Shown: positions 47,963-58,201, counted from the first letter of the stretch. The stretch: 64,000 bases of DNA from Turneriella sp. (GCA_965279515.1 CBDIID010000003.1:4576001-4640000); one strand, 5' to 3'. Program-made: numbers and translations. Notes: a model not told the origin generated them from the sequence alone.

Positions 47963-50326
47963 GTGGGGTTGCTCTCCAAATCTCTTAAAAAGACCGGCCA
48001 GGAAAGAACTGCCAAACCCAAACCAGCGGAAAAAGCCGAAGAGAAACCATCGGTAGGCTGGCTGGGGCGCACCTTCAGCGAGCGCACCAGGGCTCTTACC
48101 GATAAAATCGACCTCGAATCGCAGTATGCACGCCTAGAGGCGCTGAGCCAGACGGGGGAAATTCCGCCCCCGCCCAAGGCTTCGCTGCGTGAACGCGCGA
48201 AAAGATTTCTGACGGGCCTTTCAACCCCCGGCAAACCCCAGATCGATGAACGGGTGGTGGATGAACGCCCGAAGCTGAGCCTCAGGCAGAAGGCCGCGAT
48301 GCTCATGCGCAAAATCGGCGGTTTTGGCGGTGAGGGCGGCGACGCGGGTGGCATGGCGGGAAAAGCCGAAACCGGTAGCGCGGGCGCTCCGCCCAAAAGC
48401 GGTGCGGATGCCCATCCGCTGGACGATGAACTTCCCGCGCCTGGTTTTTTCCCCTGGCATGCGCTTTCTGAAGAGGGCGCCTTGCAGTCTCACATCGCCT
48501 TCGGTGAAGAGCCGCACCCTGAACATTTTATGGTCACGGCAGAAAGCACGCCCGCGCCCGAAGCTGCCCTAATCCCTGAAGAAGCAAAATCGCCGCTCTC
48601 TGCCTTTGCGGAAACGATGGAGCGGATAACGGAGAATCTTAAGAACCTCCATGTGCAGTTAGATAGCCATTTGCCTGGCGGCCCTGGCCTGACAGGCGGT
48701 AATTTCATCCGCGATGTACAGGTCGAGCGCCCGCCCGCGCCGCCCGCTGCTGCGGACCAACCGCCGCTGATCAGCCACCATGTACCGATTGAAACTCAGG
48801 TGCAGGGCGCTGTCGCCGGTGCGGCGCCAGGCGGCATCCCGGGCGGTGGCGGTGGCGGAACTTTTATTTCTACCGGGGCAGGCCCGGCGGCTGCACCTCC
48901 CGGTGCCCAGGCAATGCCTGCACCGCAGGAAAAACCCAAGGATGTCTTCTGGCCGAAGGATCTACCCCTCGACATGCCGGCGCGCGATATCAAGTTGAAC
49001 GCCGACGGCAGCGTGTCTGTCGTTCCCGGCCCATTCCAGTTACCTTATCTCGCCGAAGATATCGCTCCGCCTGAGAGTGCAATTTCACATTTTACGCGCA
49101 ACCTGAAAAACGCGGAAACTTTTATCGGCGAAGGCGAGTTGCAGCTGACGCGCATTATCTACGAGCGCCTGCTGACAAAAATTGCCGACGAAGAAGCGCA
49201 GCGCAAGATCAAGGCCAACCTCGAGGCGCTCGACAACTACAAGAAGTCGCATGACTGGGGCAATTTTATGCCCGTACCGCCGTGGCAGCAGCCGCCCTGG
49301 GCCGGCAGAAACCCATGGCAGGATGTACCACCGCCACGTGTCAGCGTTTCCGAGATGCCGGTCGAGGCGAAGAATATTACCATCAATATGGATAAGGGCT
49401 TTTTTGAAATCGCCCGCTCCATATTTGAACTGAAGGACGCCATCCAGGAGAAAAAGGGTGAGGCTGGTGCCGGTGAGGGAGAGGAGGCCGCTGCAGAGGG
49501 TGAAGCGGGCGCCGATGCTGAAGGAGAAGACGCCGAGCGTCGCGGCGGTGCCGACCGCCGCCAGGGCGGTGTGGATCCGCGCGGCGAAGGTGCGCCTGAT
49601 CGCCGTAAGGGTGAGGGGCGAAGGGCCGAAGACGGCGGCGGCGGTGCGGCCGATGAGGCCGCCACACCCGAAGAAGCAGGTGAAGAAGAACTACGCACCG
49701 GCGAAGATCGCCGCAAGGGAGAACCTGATCCGCGCGGCGAGGGCGCTGAAGAGCGCCGCACTGGCCGGGACCGACGGGTCGACGAAGGCGACCGCCGTGA
49801 CGAAGGTTTTGAACAAAATGCGCCGCCACCGCCTTTAGCGGCAGATGGCCAGGGAGCTGCAGAAGAAGAGCCAACGGCCGACGGTGTCATGGAGCCGCCG
49901 AAAATTCCAGACATGTCGCCTGACGGGCAGGCAATGTCGCCTGGCGGCGGCGATGATGAGGGCGGCTCGGGCGAAGACAAAGAAGAAGAGAACAAGGTCC
50001 AGGAAATCCGCGGCGTTCTCGAGCTGAAGACGCCCGACCAGGAAGACACCCCCTTTCTCACGCTCACCTATGATTTTACCAAAATACCGCATGCCTACCG
50101 GCTCGCAAAAGACAACGGCATTTTCGAATACGCGTACTATAAATACAAACCGATGCTGGTCAAGGCGCACCAGTTCATCAAACGCAAGCAGATCACCCGT
50201 GCGCTCAACTACTACCGCGTGATCCGCGAACAACAGATTCCCACCGAGTTCCGGCACATGGTTGATCGCAATATCAAAGACATTACCGAGTATCTGCAGA
50301 AGTATCTCGTTACCCGGGCATCGTGA
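47963..50326 (+). CDS. Large low-complexity hypothetical protein with RRxGxDRR repeats
   Basis: Long ORF with Pro/Gly/Glu-rich linkers and a globular-looking C-terminus (FLTLTYDF..YKYKPML..NYYRVI). Confidence 0.7.
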   Translation: MGLLSKSLKKTGQERTAKPKPAEKAEEKPSVGWLGRTFSERTRALTDKIDLESQYARLEALSQTGEIPPPPKASLRERAKRFLTGLSTPGKPQIDERVVDERPKLSLRQKAAMLMRKIGGFGGEGGDAGGMAGKAETGSAGAPPKSGADAHPLDDELPAPGFFPWHALSEEGALQSHIAFGEEPHPEHFMVTAESTPAPEAALIPEEAKSPLSAFAETMERITENLKNLHVQLDSHLPGGPGLTGGNFIRDVQVERPPAPPAAADQPPLISHHVPIETQVQGAVAGAAPGGIPGGGGGGTFISTGAGPAAAPPGAQAMPAPQEKPKDVFWPKDLPLDMPARDIKLNADGSVSVVPGPFQLPYLAEDIAPPESAISHFTRNLKNAETFIGEGELQLTRIIYERLLTKIADEEAQRKIKANLEALDNYKKSHDWGNFMPVPPWQQPPWAGRNPWQDVPPPRVSVSEMPVEAKNITINMDKGFFEIARSIFELKDAIQEKKGEAGAGEGEEAAAEGEAGADAEGEDAERRGGADRRQGGVDPRGEGAPDRRKGEGRRAEDGGGGAADEAATPEEAGEEELRTGEDRRKGEPDPRGEGAEERRTGRDRRVDEGDRRDEGFEQNAPPPPLAADGQGAAEEEPTADGVMEPPKIPDMSPDGQAMSPGGGDDEGGSGEDKEEENKVQEIRGVLELKTPDQEDTPFLTLTYDFTKIPHAYRLAKDNGIFEYAYYKYKPMLVKAHQFIKRKQITRALNYYRVIREQQIPTEFRHMVDRNIKDITEYLQKYLVTRAS

Positions 50327-51123
50327 ACGGGTTCTTTCCACTGGGTATTGGAATTCTTTTCGCCGTCTGGCATTCTTTTGCCGACGCTCTTGCCTGGCGC
50401 ATCTATACGGCGTATTATTCGCCGCAGCGCAAAAGCATCCCCGGAAAGGTTTCGTTTATCTTTTCCCAGTCGTCTGTCTGTGAATACTGTTCAGCAAAGG
50501 TTTCATGGTTAGGGCTCATTCCCATTATTGGTTTTTTTCTCGTCAAAGGTAAATGCGCCAATTGCACTCGCCCGATCTCGTGGCGGTTTCCGGTTTTTGA
50601 AGCGCTGGCCTTCGTTTTTGGGCTCTGTGTTGGTTTTATGAATGCCGCGCCCGCCGAGTTTGCGGTTATTCTCATCGCCTATGCGCTGTTATGGATCGTC
50701 ATCACGGTCGATTACCGCATGCTCTTGATTCCCACAGAGGCGATTCTGGGCCTGCTGGTATTGGGGATCTTCAACCTGCTGGTGGTGCGTTACCCGCAAT
50801 GGTTTTTATTCAACAATTTTGATCTCGCGCTCGATCTGGCGGTGAGTTTTGTCTGGTATTTCTTTTTTCACCTGCTGCGTATCTTATCAGGTTACAAGAT
50901 GGGTTTGGCCGATGTGCGGCTTGTACTCGCATTGGGATTTCTCCTCGGGCACCCCTATGCGATCTATTTGCCGGGTTTTGCCGCAGCTTTGGCGATTATC
51001 TTCTACTTGCTGAGGCGGCGTTCTGTTTTGATCTATGCGCCGTCCGAGACGCAGATACCCTTCGGCGTCTTTTTGAGCGTCGGGTATCTGCTGATGTATC
51101 TGTTACGCGGCTTTGCCGCGTAG
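50323..51123 (+). CDS. pilD: Prepilin peptidase (A24)
   Basis: S.CEYC, LIPIIGF..KGKCANC...ISWRFP, D(YR), MGLADV, IPFG.FL. Confidence 0.82.
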   Translation: MNGFFPLGIGILFAVWHSFADALAWRIYTAYYSPQRKSIPGKVSFIFSQSSVCEYCSAKVSWLGLIPIIGFFLVKGKCANCTRPISWRFPVFEALAFVFGLCVGFMNAAPAEFAVILIAYALLWIVITVDYRMLLIPTEAILGLLVLGIFNLLVVRYPQWFLFNNFDLALDLAVSFVWYFFFHLLRILSGYKMGLADVRLVLALGFLLGHPYAIYLPGFAAALAIIFYLLRRRSVLIYAPSETQIPFGVFLSVGYLLMYLLRGFAA

Positions 51124-51126
51124 CCG

Positions 51127-52695
51127 TTATTTCTTGAGGGGAGTTCCCACGAGAGCCGCAGCAGCTGCTGCCGTCATGGTGAACTCACGTTTCGCGCGCA
51201 TTTCTTTGAAGTTTTCGTAAAATGACGCAATGCTGATGTAGAAAAAACCCGCGGCGTACATGACCATAAAGGGTACGAACATGGTGCGGTCGAAAGCAAA
51301 TGCGGTATAGATAATCATGAGGCTGTAGATGCCCATGAGGAATTCGAGGAAGGGCGTTTTGTCGAGTTTCACGTGGCCCGCATATTTCATACGGTCATTG
51401 ATCTTATCTTTTTGGCCTTCGATGCGCAGTTTCGGCGTGCGGATAAAAGTCGACTTCTTACCGATCAGTGCCTGCCAGACAGCGCGTGTATTCGAGACCG
51501 CAATACCGGTACCGATCATCGTGAGCACGGGCATCCACGCAACGCGGTTGAACCAGCGGTTGTAGAGAACTTTTTGCGAAACCAGGTACATCGCAATCGG
51601 GCCGAATGTGCCGAGGGAGAAAAATACCGCGGCGATGCCGATGATGGCATCGGGTACATTGCCGAGGCGCTCGCTGAAATAGAGTACGGGCAACGTCGCG
51701 AGAATGTTAATCACCATGAGCGGGTGCACCAGATAGTTCGTCAGATGCGTCAGCGCCTCGAGTTTTACCTTCCAGGGCAGGTTTGTGCGGAGGATCGTCG
51801 GTGCGAGTTTAACAGTCGTCTGGATTGAACCCTTGCACCAGCGGAATTGCTGCGACTTGTAAGCCGAAACCGTGGCGGGCAGTTCTGCGGGATTAACCAC
51901 GTCGACGATGTATTTGAAGCGCCAGCCCTTGAGTTCAGCGCGGTAAGAGAGGTCAAAATCTTCGGTGAGCGTGTCGGCCGACCAGTTACCCGCATCATAG
52001 ATGCAGCTCTTGCGGCAGATGCCGGCTGTACCATTGAAGTTCATCCACAGGCCGCTGCCGCCGCGTGCGATCTGTTCGATCGTGAAGTGGCCGTCGATAC
52101 CTAAACTCTGGCCTTTTGTCAGAATGCTGTAATCGGCGTTGATGTGGCCCCAGCGTGTCTGCACCATGCCAATGTCGTCTGCTTCGTAGAAGTAGGGAAC
52201 GGTCTTTTCGAGGAAGTCGGGAGCGGGCAGAAAGTCGGCGTCGAAGATCGCGACAAATTCGCCCTTCGCAAGCTCTTGCGCTTCTTTGAGCGCGCCGGCC
52301 TTGTGGCCCTGGCGGTTCACACGGTGGATGAGTTTGATGTCAAAACCTTTCTTTTTGTAGAAGGCTACCTTCTTGCGCACGAGGTCGGTCGTCTCGTCGG
52401 TTGAATCGTCGAGCACCTGTACTTCGAATTTATTCTTCGGGTAGCGTACCTGCATCGTGGTGTCGATCAGGCGCTCGGCAACGTAATACTCGTTGAACAT
52501 CGGCAGCTGGACAGTCACCTTCGGCCAGACCTTCATTTTTGTAACGAGCTCTTCGAGACGCGCAGGATCCGATTCGCAGTTGCGGCGGTATTTAAAGAAT
52601 AGCTTCACCATGACAAAGCAGTGTATTCCGTAGTAAAAAAGGATGATGATGTCGACGATATAGACGACCAGACTGAGTACAAAAAGGGCTTCCAT
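51127..52695 (-). CDS. Processive GT2 glycosyltransferase (cellulose synthase-like, CslA type)
   Basis: VTVQLPMFNE, DDSTD, KAGAL, FDADF, TEDFD, QQFRW. Confidence 0.88.
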   Translation of the reverse strand: MEALFVLSLVVYIVDIIILFYYGIHCFVMVKLFFKYRRNCESDPARLEELVTKMKVWPKVTVQLPMFNEYYVAERLIDTTMQVRYPKNKFEVQVLDDSTDETTDLVRKKVAFYKKKGFDIKLIHRVNRQGHKAGALKEAQELAKGEFVAIFDADFLPAPDFLEKTVPYFYEADDIGMVQTRWGHINADYSILTKGQSLGIDGHFTIEQIARGGSGLWMNFNGTAGICRKSCIYDAGNWSADTLTEDFDLSYRAELKGWRFKYIVDVVNPAELPATVSAYKSQQFRWCKGSIQTTVKLAPTILRTNLPWKVKLEALTHLTNYLVHPLMVINILATLPVLYFSERLGNVPDAIIGIAAVFFSLGTFGPIAMYLVSQKVLYNRWFNRVAWMPVLTMIGTGIAVSNTRAVWQALIGKKSTFIRTPKLRIEGQKDKINDRMKYAGHVKLDKTPFLEFLMGIYSLMIIYTAFAFDRTMFVPFMVMYAAGFFYISIASFYENFKEMRAKREFTMTAAAAAALVGTPLKK

Positions 52696-52781
52696 GGATA
52701 GTGCAATGTGCAAAAACGAGACACACCGTCAATAAAACCTGCGACCCCCCACGGTTCCCGGTTTTAACCCGCCAGGTTTGC

Positions 52782-52810
52782 TTGACAAGAGAGCATTTGT
52801 TTAGTATTTT
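52782..52810 (+). promoter_or_regulatory. sigma70 promoter of ccmE, likely leaderless
   Basis: TTGACA-17nt-TATTTT, then 6 nt to ATG 52817; no SD. Confidence 0.55.
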
Positions 52811-52816
52811 TGGGCC

Positions 52817-53239
52817 ATGCGCACCAAACTGACCGTATTTTTTGTGCTCCTCGCGACCGCGCTGACAGTGCTTGTGGTGACCTCTTCTTCCTCGGCGTCG
52901 CAGGTCCATTTGAAGCTCACCGAGTTTAAGGATGAGCTGACTAAGGCTGGCGGCGACAAGCTGGCGAAACGCAACCTGACCCTCTACGGCAAGGTCAAAG
53001 AAGGCAGCATTGAGCGCGAAGGCGTGAAGGCGAAATTCATCATTGTTGATGGCAAAAACGAACTCATAGTGCATCACTCGGGCAAGACGCTTTTGCCCGA
53101 TACTTTTCAGGACGGCGCAGACGCGGGCGTGGAGGGCTATTATGACGCACAGCAAAAAAGCTTCACTTCGCATAAGGTCATGGCCAAATGCGCTTCGCGC
53201 TATGAGGCGGCGGGAAAACAGGCTTCGAACAAAAACTAG
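52817..53239 (+). CDS. ccmE: Cytochrome c maturation haem chaperone CcmE (CxxxY variant)
   Basis: G.VKEGSI, LPDTF.DG, VEG, AKCASRY. Confidence 0.85.
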   Translation: MRTKLTVFFVLLATALTVLVVTSSSSASQVHLKLTEFKDELTKAGGDKLAKRNLTLYGKVKEGSIEREGVKAKFIIVDGKNELIVHHSGKTLLPDTFQDGADAGVEGYYDAQQKSFTSHKVMAKCASRYEAAGKQASNKN

Positions 53240-53250
53240 CCTGGCCGCCG

Positions 53251-53287
53251 GCTGTTAGCCCGAACGGCTGACAGCTTTCTGTTTTCT
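53251..53287 (+). terminator. Rho-independent terminator after ccmE
   Basis: GCTGTTAGCC-cgaac-GGCTGACAGC followed by a T-rich tract. Confidence 0.55.
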
Positions 53288-53328
53288 GAAACAGCTCTTT
53301 TTCGTCGGCTAATAACCGATAATGGTAT

Positions 53329-55818
53329 ATGAGGGACATTCCCCACAAAACACTTAAAACAACCCTGGCCATACTTATGCTCGCAGGGCTCCTGGGGGGG
53401 AGCTACCTCGTCCTCAAAGGCCAGAACCCCCTGAAGGGGTTTGAACCCTCGTCTATCAAGGACGACCGCGAAGTCAAAATACAGTCCTTGCTTGAGCTGT
53501 TAAAACTCGAACCCGAAGATTACAAAACCCACGGCGAACTCGCGAAACTCTACTTTTCGCTCGAAGATTACCGCAATGCCGAAAAGCATGCCCTGCAGGC
53601 CATCGACCTGGGCAAAAAGCACAATGCTACGAAAGAGTTTCTGGCCGAGCAGTACATCCTGCTTTCGAAAATTTACCAGGCGCTGGGCGACAATGCGAAG
53701 GCGCTCGAGTATGCCGAAAAGGCTGCCGAGTCAGATCCGACCAAAACGGCGCCGCTGAAAAGAAAGGGGCAGGTCTTCGAGGCGCTGAAGAAAAACGACA
53801 AAGCGCGGCTCGCCTACCTCAAGGCGATGGAGCTCGATGAAAAAGATCCCGAGACCTATGCCTTACTTGCGAACCAGGAATTCAAGAAAGGAAATAAAAA
53901 AGCTGCGCTGGAATGGCTGAAGATGGGCGTGCGGCGCAACCCGTCGAGCGCAACGGCTTTCCGCAATCTCGCGCGTGGTTATGTGCGCGTCAAAGATTAT
54001 GACAAGGCGAAAGAGGCATACCAGCGCGCCCTCGCACTCGATCCCAATAATGGCGCGTTGCGTTATGAGTACGCTAAGCTTTTGAAAAAGCTGGGCGACA
54101 ATGACGGCTATCTTGCGGAGCTCAAAAAGGCTTATGCGGCGGATCCCAAAAATCCTAAAATTCTCGCGGCGCTGGGTGATGCCGAACTTGCGGCGGGCAA
54201 CAAAAAACGTGCGCTGGAACTCTACCGCGAGGCGCTGAAGGGCGACGGCCGCAATGCCGAGCTGCGCGCGAAATACAATTCTCTTTATAATGAACTGGCC
54301 AGCGCCGGTAAAGGTGGCCCGGGCAAAGGTGACGGTAGCAATGGCACCGGCGGTCCAGGTTCGGCTTCGGGCGATGGTAGCGGCAAGAACGCCGGTAACA
54401 AAGGCGAGGGCGGTCCAGGGAATGGCACTTCGGGTTCCGGAACCGGCGATACCGGCAGCGGCAATAATGCCGCGAATGGCGTCGATAAAGTTGAAAGTTT
54501 AGACAGCGGAAAAGGTGCGGGTTCGTCGGCGCAGCCAACCCTAAGCTCGTCGAAGGGCGATATTGAAGCCGGCAAAAAAGCGTTTGCTGAAAAAGATTAT
54601 GTAGCGGCCGAATCGGCGTTTAAGAAGGCGCTCGAGAAAGATCCGAACAACAGCGATGCGCGTTTCTTTCTGGCCCGCACGCTCGACGCGCAGGGAAAAA
54701 AAGAAGCGGCGATGGCCGAATATCGTCGCCTGCTCGAAAAAGAACCCGACCACGCGAAAGCCAATTATTATCTCGGCCGCTTGCTTTACCAGGCGCAAAA
54801 ATATTCCGACGCGGAACGGCATTTCAAAAAATCTGTTGCGGCCGATGCGAAATTTGCCCCCGCGCAGTACTCACTGGGCTTAGCGCAGGAGAAGCAGGGC
54901 AAAAACAGCGATGCGCTCTCGTCGTATAAAAAATCGGCAGAGACTGACGGCAGCCTCACGCAGGCGCATTTTAACAGCGCGATCATTCTGAAGAAAAATA
55001 AAAAATATGATGAGGCTTTGGCAGAACTCGGTAAAGCAGGCGGTGGCAGCGACGTAGAATACCAGAAGGGGGAGATCCTACTCAAACAAAAAAAGTATGC
55101 CGAAGCGAAAGATGCCCTCAGCAAAGTACTCGCAGAAAAACCGCAGCACTATGAAGCGGCATTCAACCTGGCCCTGGCCTACCACAAGCTCGGCGACCCG
55201 GCGGGCGCCGACCGTGTGCTGGCGAAGGTGATACGCGAAGATTCGCCCGCCGACCTGCATTATACCTACGGCAAGTTGCTCGAAGACGCCGGTGAAAGCG
55301 CCAGCGCAGAAAAGCAGTACCGCACCAGCGTGCAAAAAGACCCGCGCTACTTCAAGGGCTGGCTGAATTTAGGCAGGATCTCCGCAGCGGCGCAGAAGTA
55401 TGACCAGGCCGAAAATGCCTACCGCCAGGCTGCGGCGCTCGAACCGGGCTCTTACGAGGCGAACTACAATCTCGCGAATACTCTCTTTAAACAAAAAAAA
55501 CACCAGAGCGCGATCGAATATTTTGAGGCGGCCAAAAGACAGGAAAATACCCGCGACGTGGTCATGCCCCTGGCAGCCAGCTACGAAGAGAGCGGGCAGC
55601 ATGAAAAGGCGGCGAAGGCCTATGCCGAGTATCTCCAGGAAAACCCCAAGGACCGCGTCACGCTCGAACGCCTCGGATATCTCTATTACCGTAAGATAAA
55701 GAACAAAGACAAGGCGCTCGAACAATTCAATAAGTTGTTGAAGTATTATCCCGACTCGGACAAGACGCAGGAATATAAGGGTATGGTACAACTCATCGAA
55801 AAACAAAAGGCGGAGTAA
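53329..55818 (+). CDS. Membrane-anchored multi-TPR protein with Gly/Ser-rich central linker
   Basis: N-terminal TM; two TPR arrays separated by GKGGPGKGDGSNGTGG... linker. Confidence 0.8.
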   Translation: MRDIPHKTLKTTLAILMLAGLLGGSYLVLKGQNPLKGFEPSSIKDDREVKIQSLLELLKLEPEDYKTHGELAKLYFSLEDYRNAEKHALQAIDLGKKHNATKEFLAEQYILLSKIYQALGDNAKALEYAEKAAESDPTKTAPLKRKGQVFEALKKNDKARLAYLKAMELDEKDPETYALLANQEFKKGNKKAALEWLKMGVRRNPSSATAFRNLARGYVRVKDYDKAKEAYQRALALDPNNGALRYEYAKLLKKLGDNDGYLAELKKAYAADPKNPKILAALGDAELAAGNKKRALELYREALKGDGRNAELRAKYNSLYNELASAGKGGPGKGDGSNGTGGPGSASGDGSGKNAGNKGEGGPGNGTSGSGTGDTGSGNNAANGVDKVESLDSGKGAGSSAQPTLSSSKGDIEAGKKAFAEKDYVAAESAFKKALEKDPNNSDARFFLARTLDAQGKKEAAMAEYRRLLEKEPDHAKANYYLGRLLYQAQKYSDAERHFKKSVAADAKFAPAQYSLGLAQEKQGKNSDALSSYKKSAETDGSLTQAHFNSAIILKKNKKYDEALAELGKAGGGSDVEYQKGEILLKQKKYAEAKDALSKVLAEKPQHYEAAFNLALAYHKLGDPAGADRVLAKVIREDSPADLHYTYGKLLEDAGESASAEKQYRTSVQKDPRYFKGWLNLGRISAAAQKYDQAENAYRQAAALEPGSYEANYNLANTLFKQKKHQSAIEYFEAAKRQENTRDVVMPLAASYEESGQHEKAAKAYAEYLQENPKDRVTLERLGYLYYRKIKNKDKALEQFNKLLKYYPDSDKTQEYKGMVQLIEKQKAE

Positions 55819-57851
55819 TGGCGTCGGCAGCAGATCAGCTCAAACAGATAATTATCGCCCTCGACAATGAAGAAGAACTTTTGCACGAGGCAAAACACCG
55901 CCCGCCCAATGAGGTTATTGTCGTCGCCGATTCCGTGAAGCAGGCGCTGCGCCTGGCATCGGTCGAGATGCAGAAAGATCCGATACAACTCGATTATAAA
56001 ATTCTGAACAAGGGCGGTGCGCAGCTCTTCGGGCTCCGAAAATTGCCTTACCGTGTGCATGTCTTTAAAGCGAAAGAAGACACACGTTTCAGCGACCTCG
56101 AAGATATGAATGTCTCGCTCACCGGTGCGATGGCACAGGCTGCGATGGCCGACGATGCGCCGATCTCTATCAACGCCGACGGAAAAATTCTCGTGCGCAT
56201 TTACCGTACGGGTGTCTATGTCACTGTCAGGCCACCCGTGGGTGACGGGCAGGCGATCTCGATGCCGCAGGCGCTTGAAAAGCTGCGCCTCGCCGGGGTT
56301 AACAGTTATGATAAGGGCCGTCTCGAAAGCGAAATCCGTGCGAAGAGCAGCAAGCAGATCAAGATCGCCGAGTGGACGCCTAAGCCCGATGCAGATTCGC
56401 AGCTACAGGTAGAAATTTCCGCCGATCACATGCGCGCGACGCTGCAGATGACGCGGCCGCGACCGGGCGGACGGCATTTGCAGGTGGCTGATATCATGCA
56501 GGCGCTGAAGGCCAACGGCGTGCAGTTCGGCTTCCGCGAGAATGTCATAGAGAAAGCGCTCGAAGAAGAAGTTTATTCAACGCCGATCATTGTCGCAGAA
56601 GGTAAATCTGCCGTCAACGGCCGCGACGGCTACGTCGATTATAAAGTACGCATCGACAAGAAGGTGGAATTCAAGGAAGACGAAACCGGCCGCGTCGACT
56701 TCATGGACCGCGACCTCGTCGAAAACGTCGTGCAAGGGCAGGTGCTCGCAGAGCTCGTGCCGGCGCAGCGCGGGCAAGAGGGGCGCGACCTGTTTAATAA
56801 AATCACGCCGGCGAAAAACGGCAACCCGGTCACGATCCGTCCGGGCCCCGGCACAATGCTCTCCGACGACGGCAAGCGCCTGCTCGCCGAAAAGAACGGT
56901 CAGGTGCTCTACCGCGGCGGAATTCTCAGCGTCCACGATATGTTCACCATCAACGGCGACGTCGGCATCACCACAGGTAATATCACCTTTCTCGGTTCCA
57001 TCATGGTCACGGGCAGCATTGAGGATAACATGCACGTCAAGGCTGCGGGTTCCATTGAAGTGGCGGGCACCATTCAGAAAGCCTATGTCGAGGCCGAAGG
57101 CGATATCATTGTTCGCCAGGGTATTATCGGCCGCGATAACGCGCAGGTCGAATCGACTGCCGGTAACGTCTACGGTAAATTCTTACAGAGCGCGACGTGT
57201 ATGGCCGAGGGTGACGTGGTCATGGGCGAGAATATCATGCACTCGAAGGTTTATGCGGGCGGTAATGTCGTCTGCAACGGCAAGCGTGCGCAGCTCGTCG
57301 GCGGTGAAATTATCTGCGGCGGCATCGTGCGCGTAAAATCGCTGGGTGCGATGGCCGCGACGCCGACGAAGGTCATCGCCGGTGTGAATCCGCGCGCGAT
57401 GCAGCAGATGAAACAGATTGCGCAGATCGAAAAGCAGCTTAAAGAAAAAATTGAACAGGCGGAAATCAATCTTAAAACCCTGCAGCAGCAAAAGGCGGCG
57501 GCGCCCGATGCGTTCAGCGACGCCAAGGAAGAGCAGTTGGTTAAAACCCTGGCCTTCAAAGAGAAGCTCGAAGAACGCCTGCGCGAGGCTTTCAGCGAAG
57601 CCGCCAACATTTCGGAATTTATGAAAGATTCGAATGCACTGGGGGCTGTTCATGTTGAGAAGACGGTTTTCCCCGGCGTGACGGTCGAAATCAACGGCGC
57701 GTCATTCTCGGTGCAGGACGAATACAACAACGTCAGTTTCGTCGAAGAATCGGGTCGTATTAATATCGTTGCCTATGTGCCACCGGGCGATGATGATAAA
57801 CACTTCCAGAAAAACCGCCGTAAGGGCCGCTACGGGGATGTTGTCCGGTGA
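55818..57851 (+). CDS. FapA/DUF342 family protein with Jag_N-like N-terminus
   Basis: EG..AVNGRDG, GRVDF, TGNI.F.G, GG.I, V.IN motifs of DUF342; N-terminal ADSVKQAL..LDYKIL.KG..LFG. Confidence 0.8.
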   Translation: MASAADQLKQIIIALDNEEELLHEAKHRPPNEVIVVADSVKQALRLASVEMQKDPIQLDYKILNKGGAQLFGLRKLPYRVHVFKAKEDTRFSDLEDMNVSLTGAMAQAAMADDAPISINADGKILVRIYRTGVYVTVRPPVGDGQAISMPQALEKLRLAGVNSYDKGRLESEIRAKSSKQIKIAEWTPKPDADSQLQVEISADHMRATLQMTRPRPGGRHLQVADIMQALKANGVQFGFRENVIEKALEEEVYSTPIIVAEGKSAVNGRDGYVDYKVRIDKKVEFKEDETGRVDFMDRDLVENVVQGQVLAELVPAQRGQEGRDLFNKITPAKNGNPVTIRPGPGTMLSDDGKRLLAEKNGQVLYRGGILSVHDMFTINGDVGITTGNITFLGSIMVTGSIEDNMHVKAAGSIEVAGTIQKAYVEAEGDIIVRQGIIGRDNAQVESTAGNVYGKFLQSATCMAEGDVVMGENIMHSKVYAGGNVVCNGKRAQLVGGEIICGGIVRVKSLGAMAATPTKVIAGVNPRAMQQMKQIAQIEKQLKEKIEQAEINLKTLQQQKAAAPDAFSDAKEEQLVKTLAFKEKLEERLREAFSEAANISEFMKDSNALGAVHVEKTVFPGVTVEINGASFSVQDEYNNVSFVEESGRINIVAYVPPGDDDKHFQKNRRKGRYGDVVR

Positions 57852-58201
57852 AACCGCTCGACCTACAGGTCGGCATCCAGAATTCTTACGAGGCCGCGCG
57901 CTCAGAAGGGGTCAGGCTCGAGAAAACCCACGTCGCCGGCATGCTGGCGAACGAAGATGCGCAGCGTGACCAGACGGTGCGCGACCATAGCGTGACGGCG
58001 CCCGAATCAAAAGGCTTGCAGGACGACCTGTTTTCATCTGAGGAATACAGCCCCGCCGATTATGCCGATGCAGGTTCGTCGCAAGGCAAGGGCGGCACAA
58101 AGAAAAAAAAGCCCGCTGTTGTCGCCGTCCCGGAAAAACCAGAAGAAAAAGCCGAGACCGAAAAGCCCGCCAACGACGGCCACTTCTCTACATACGCATA
58201 A
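57848..58201 (+). CDS. Small hypothetical protein (fapA-associated)
   Basis: MKPLDLQV start overlapping the fapA stop; ends GHFSTYA. Confidence 0.55.
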   Translation: MKPLDLQVGIQNSYEAARSEGVRLEKTHVAGMLANEDAQRDQTVRDHSVTAPESKGLQDDLFSSEEYSPADYADAGSSQGKGGTKKKKPAVVAVPEKPEEKAETEKPANDGHFSTYA

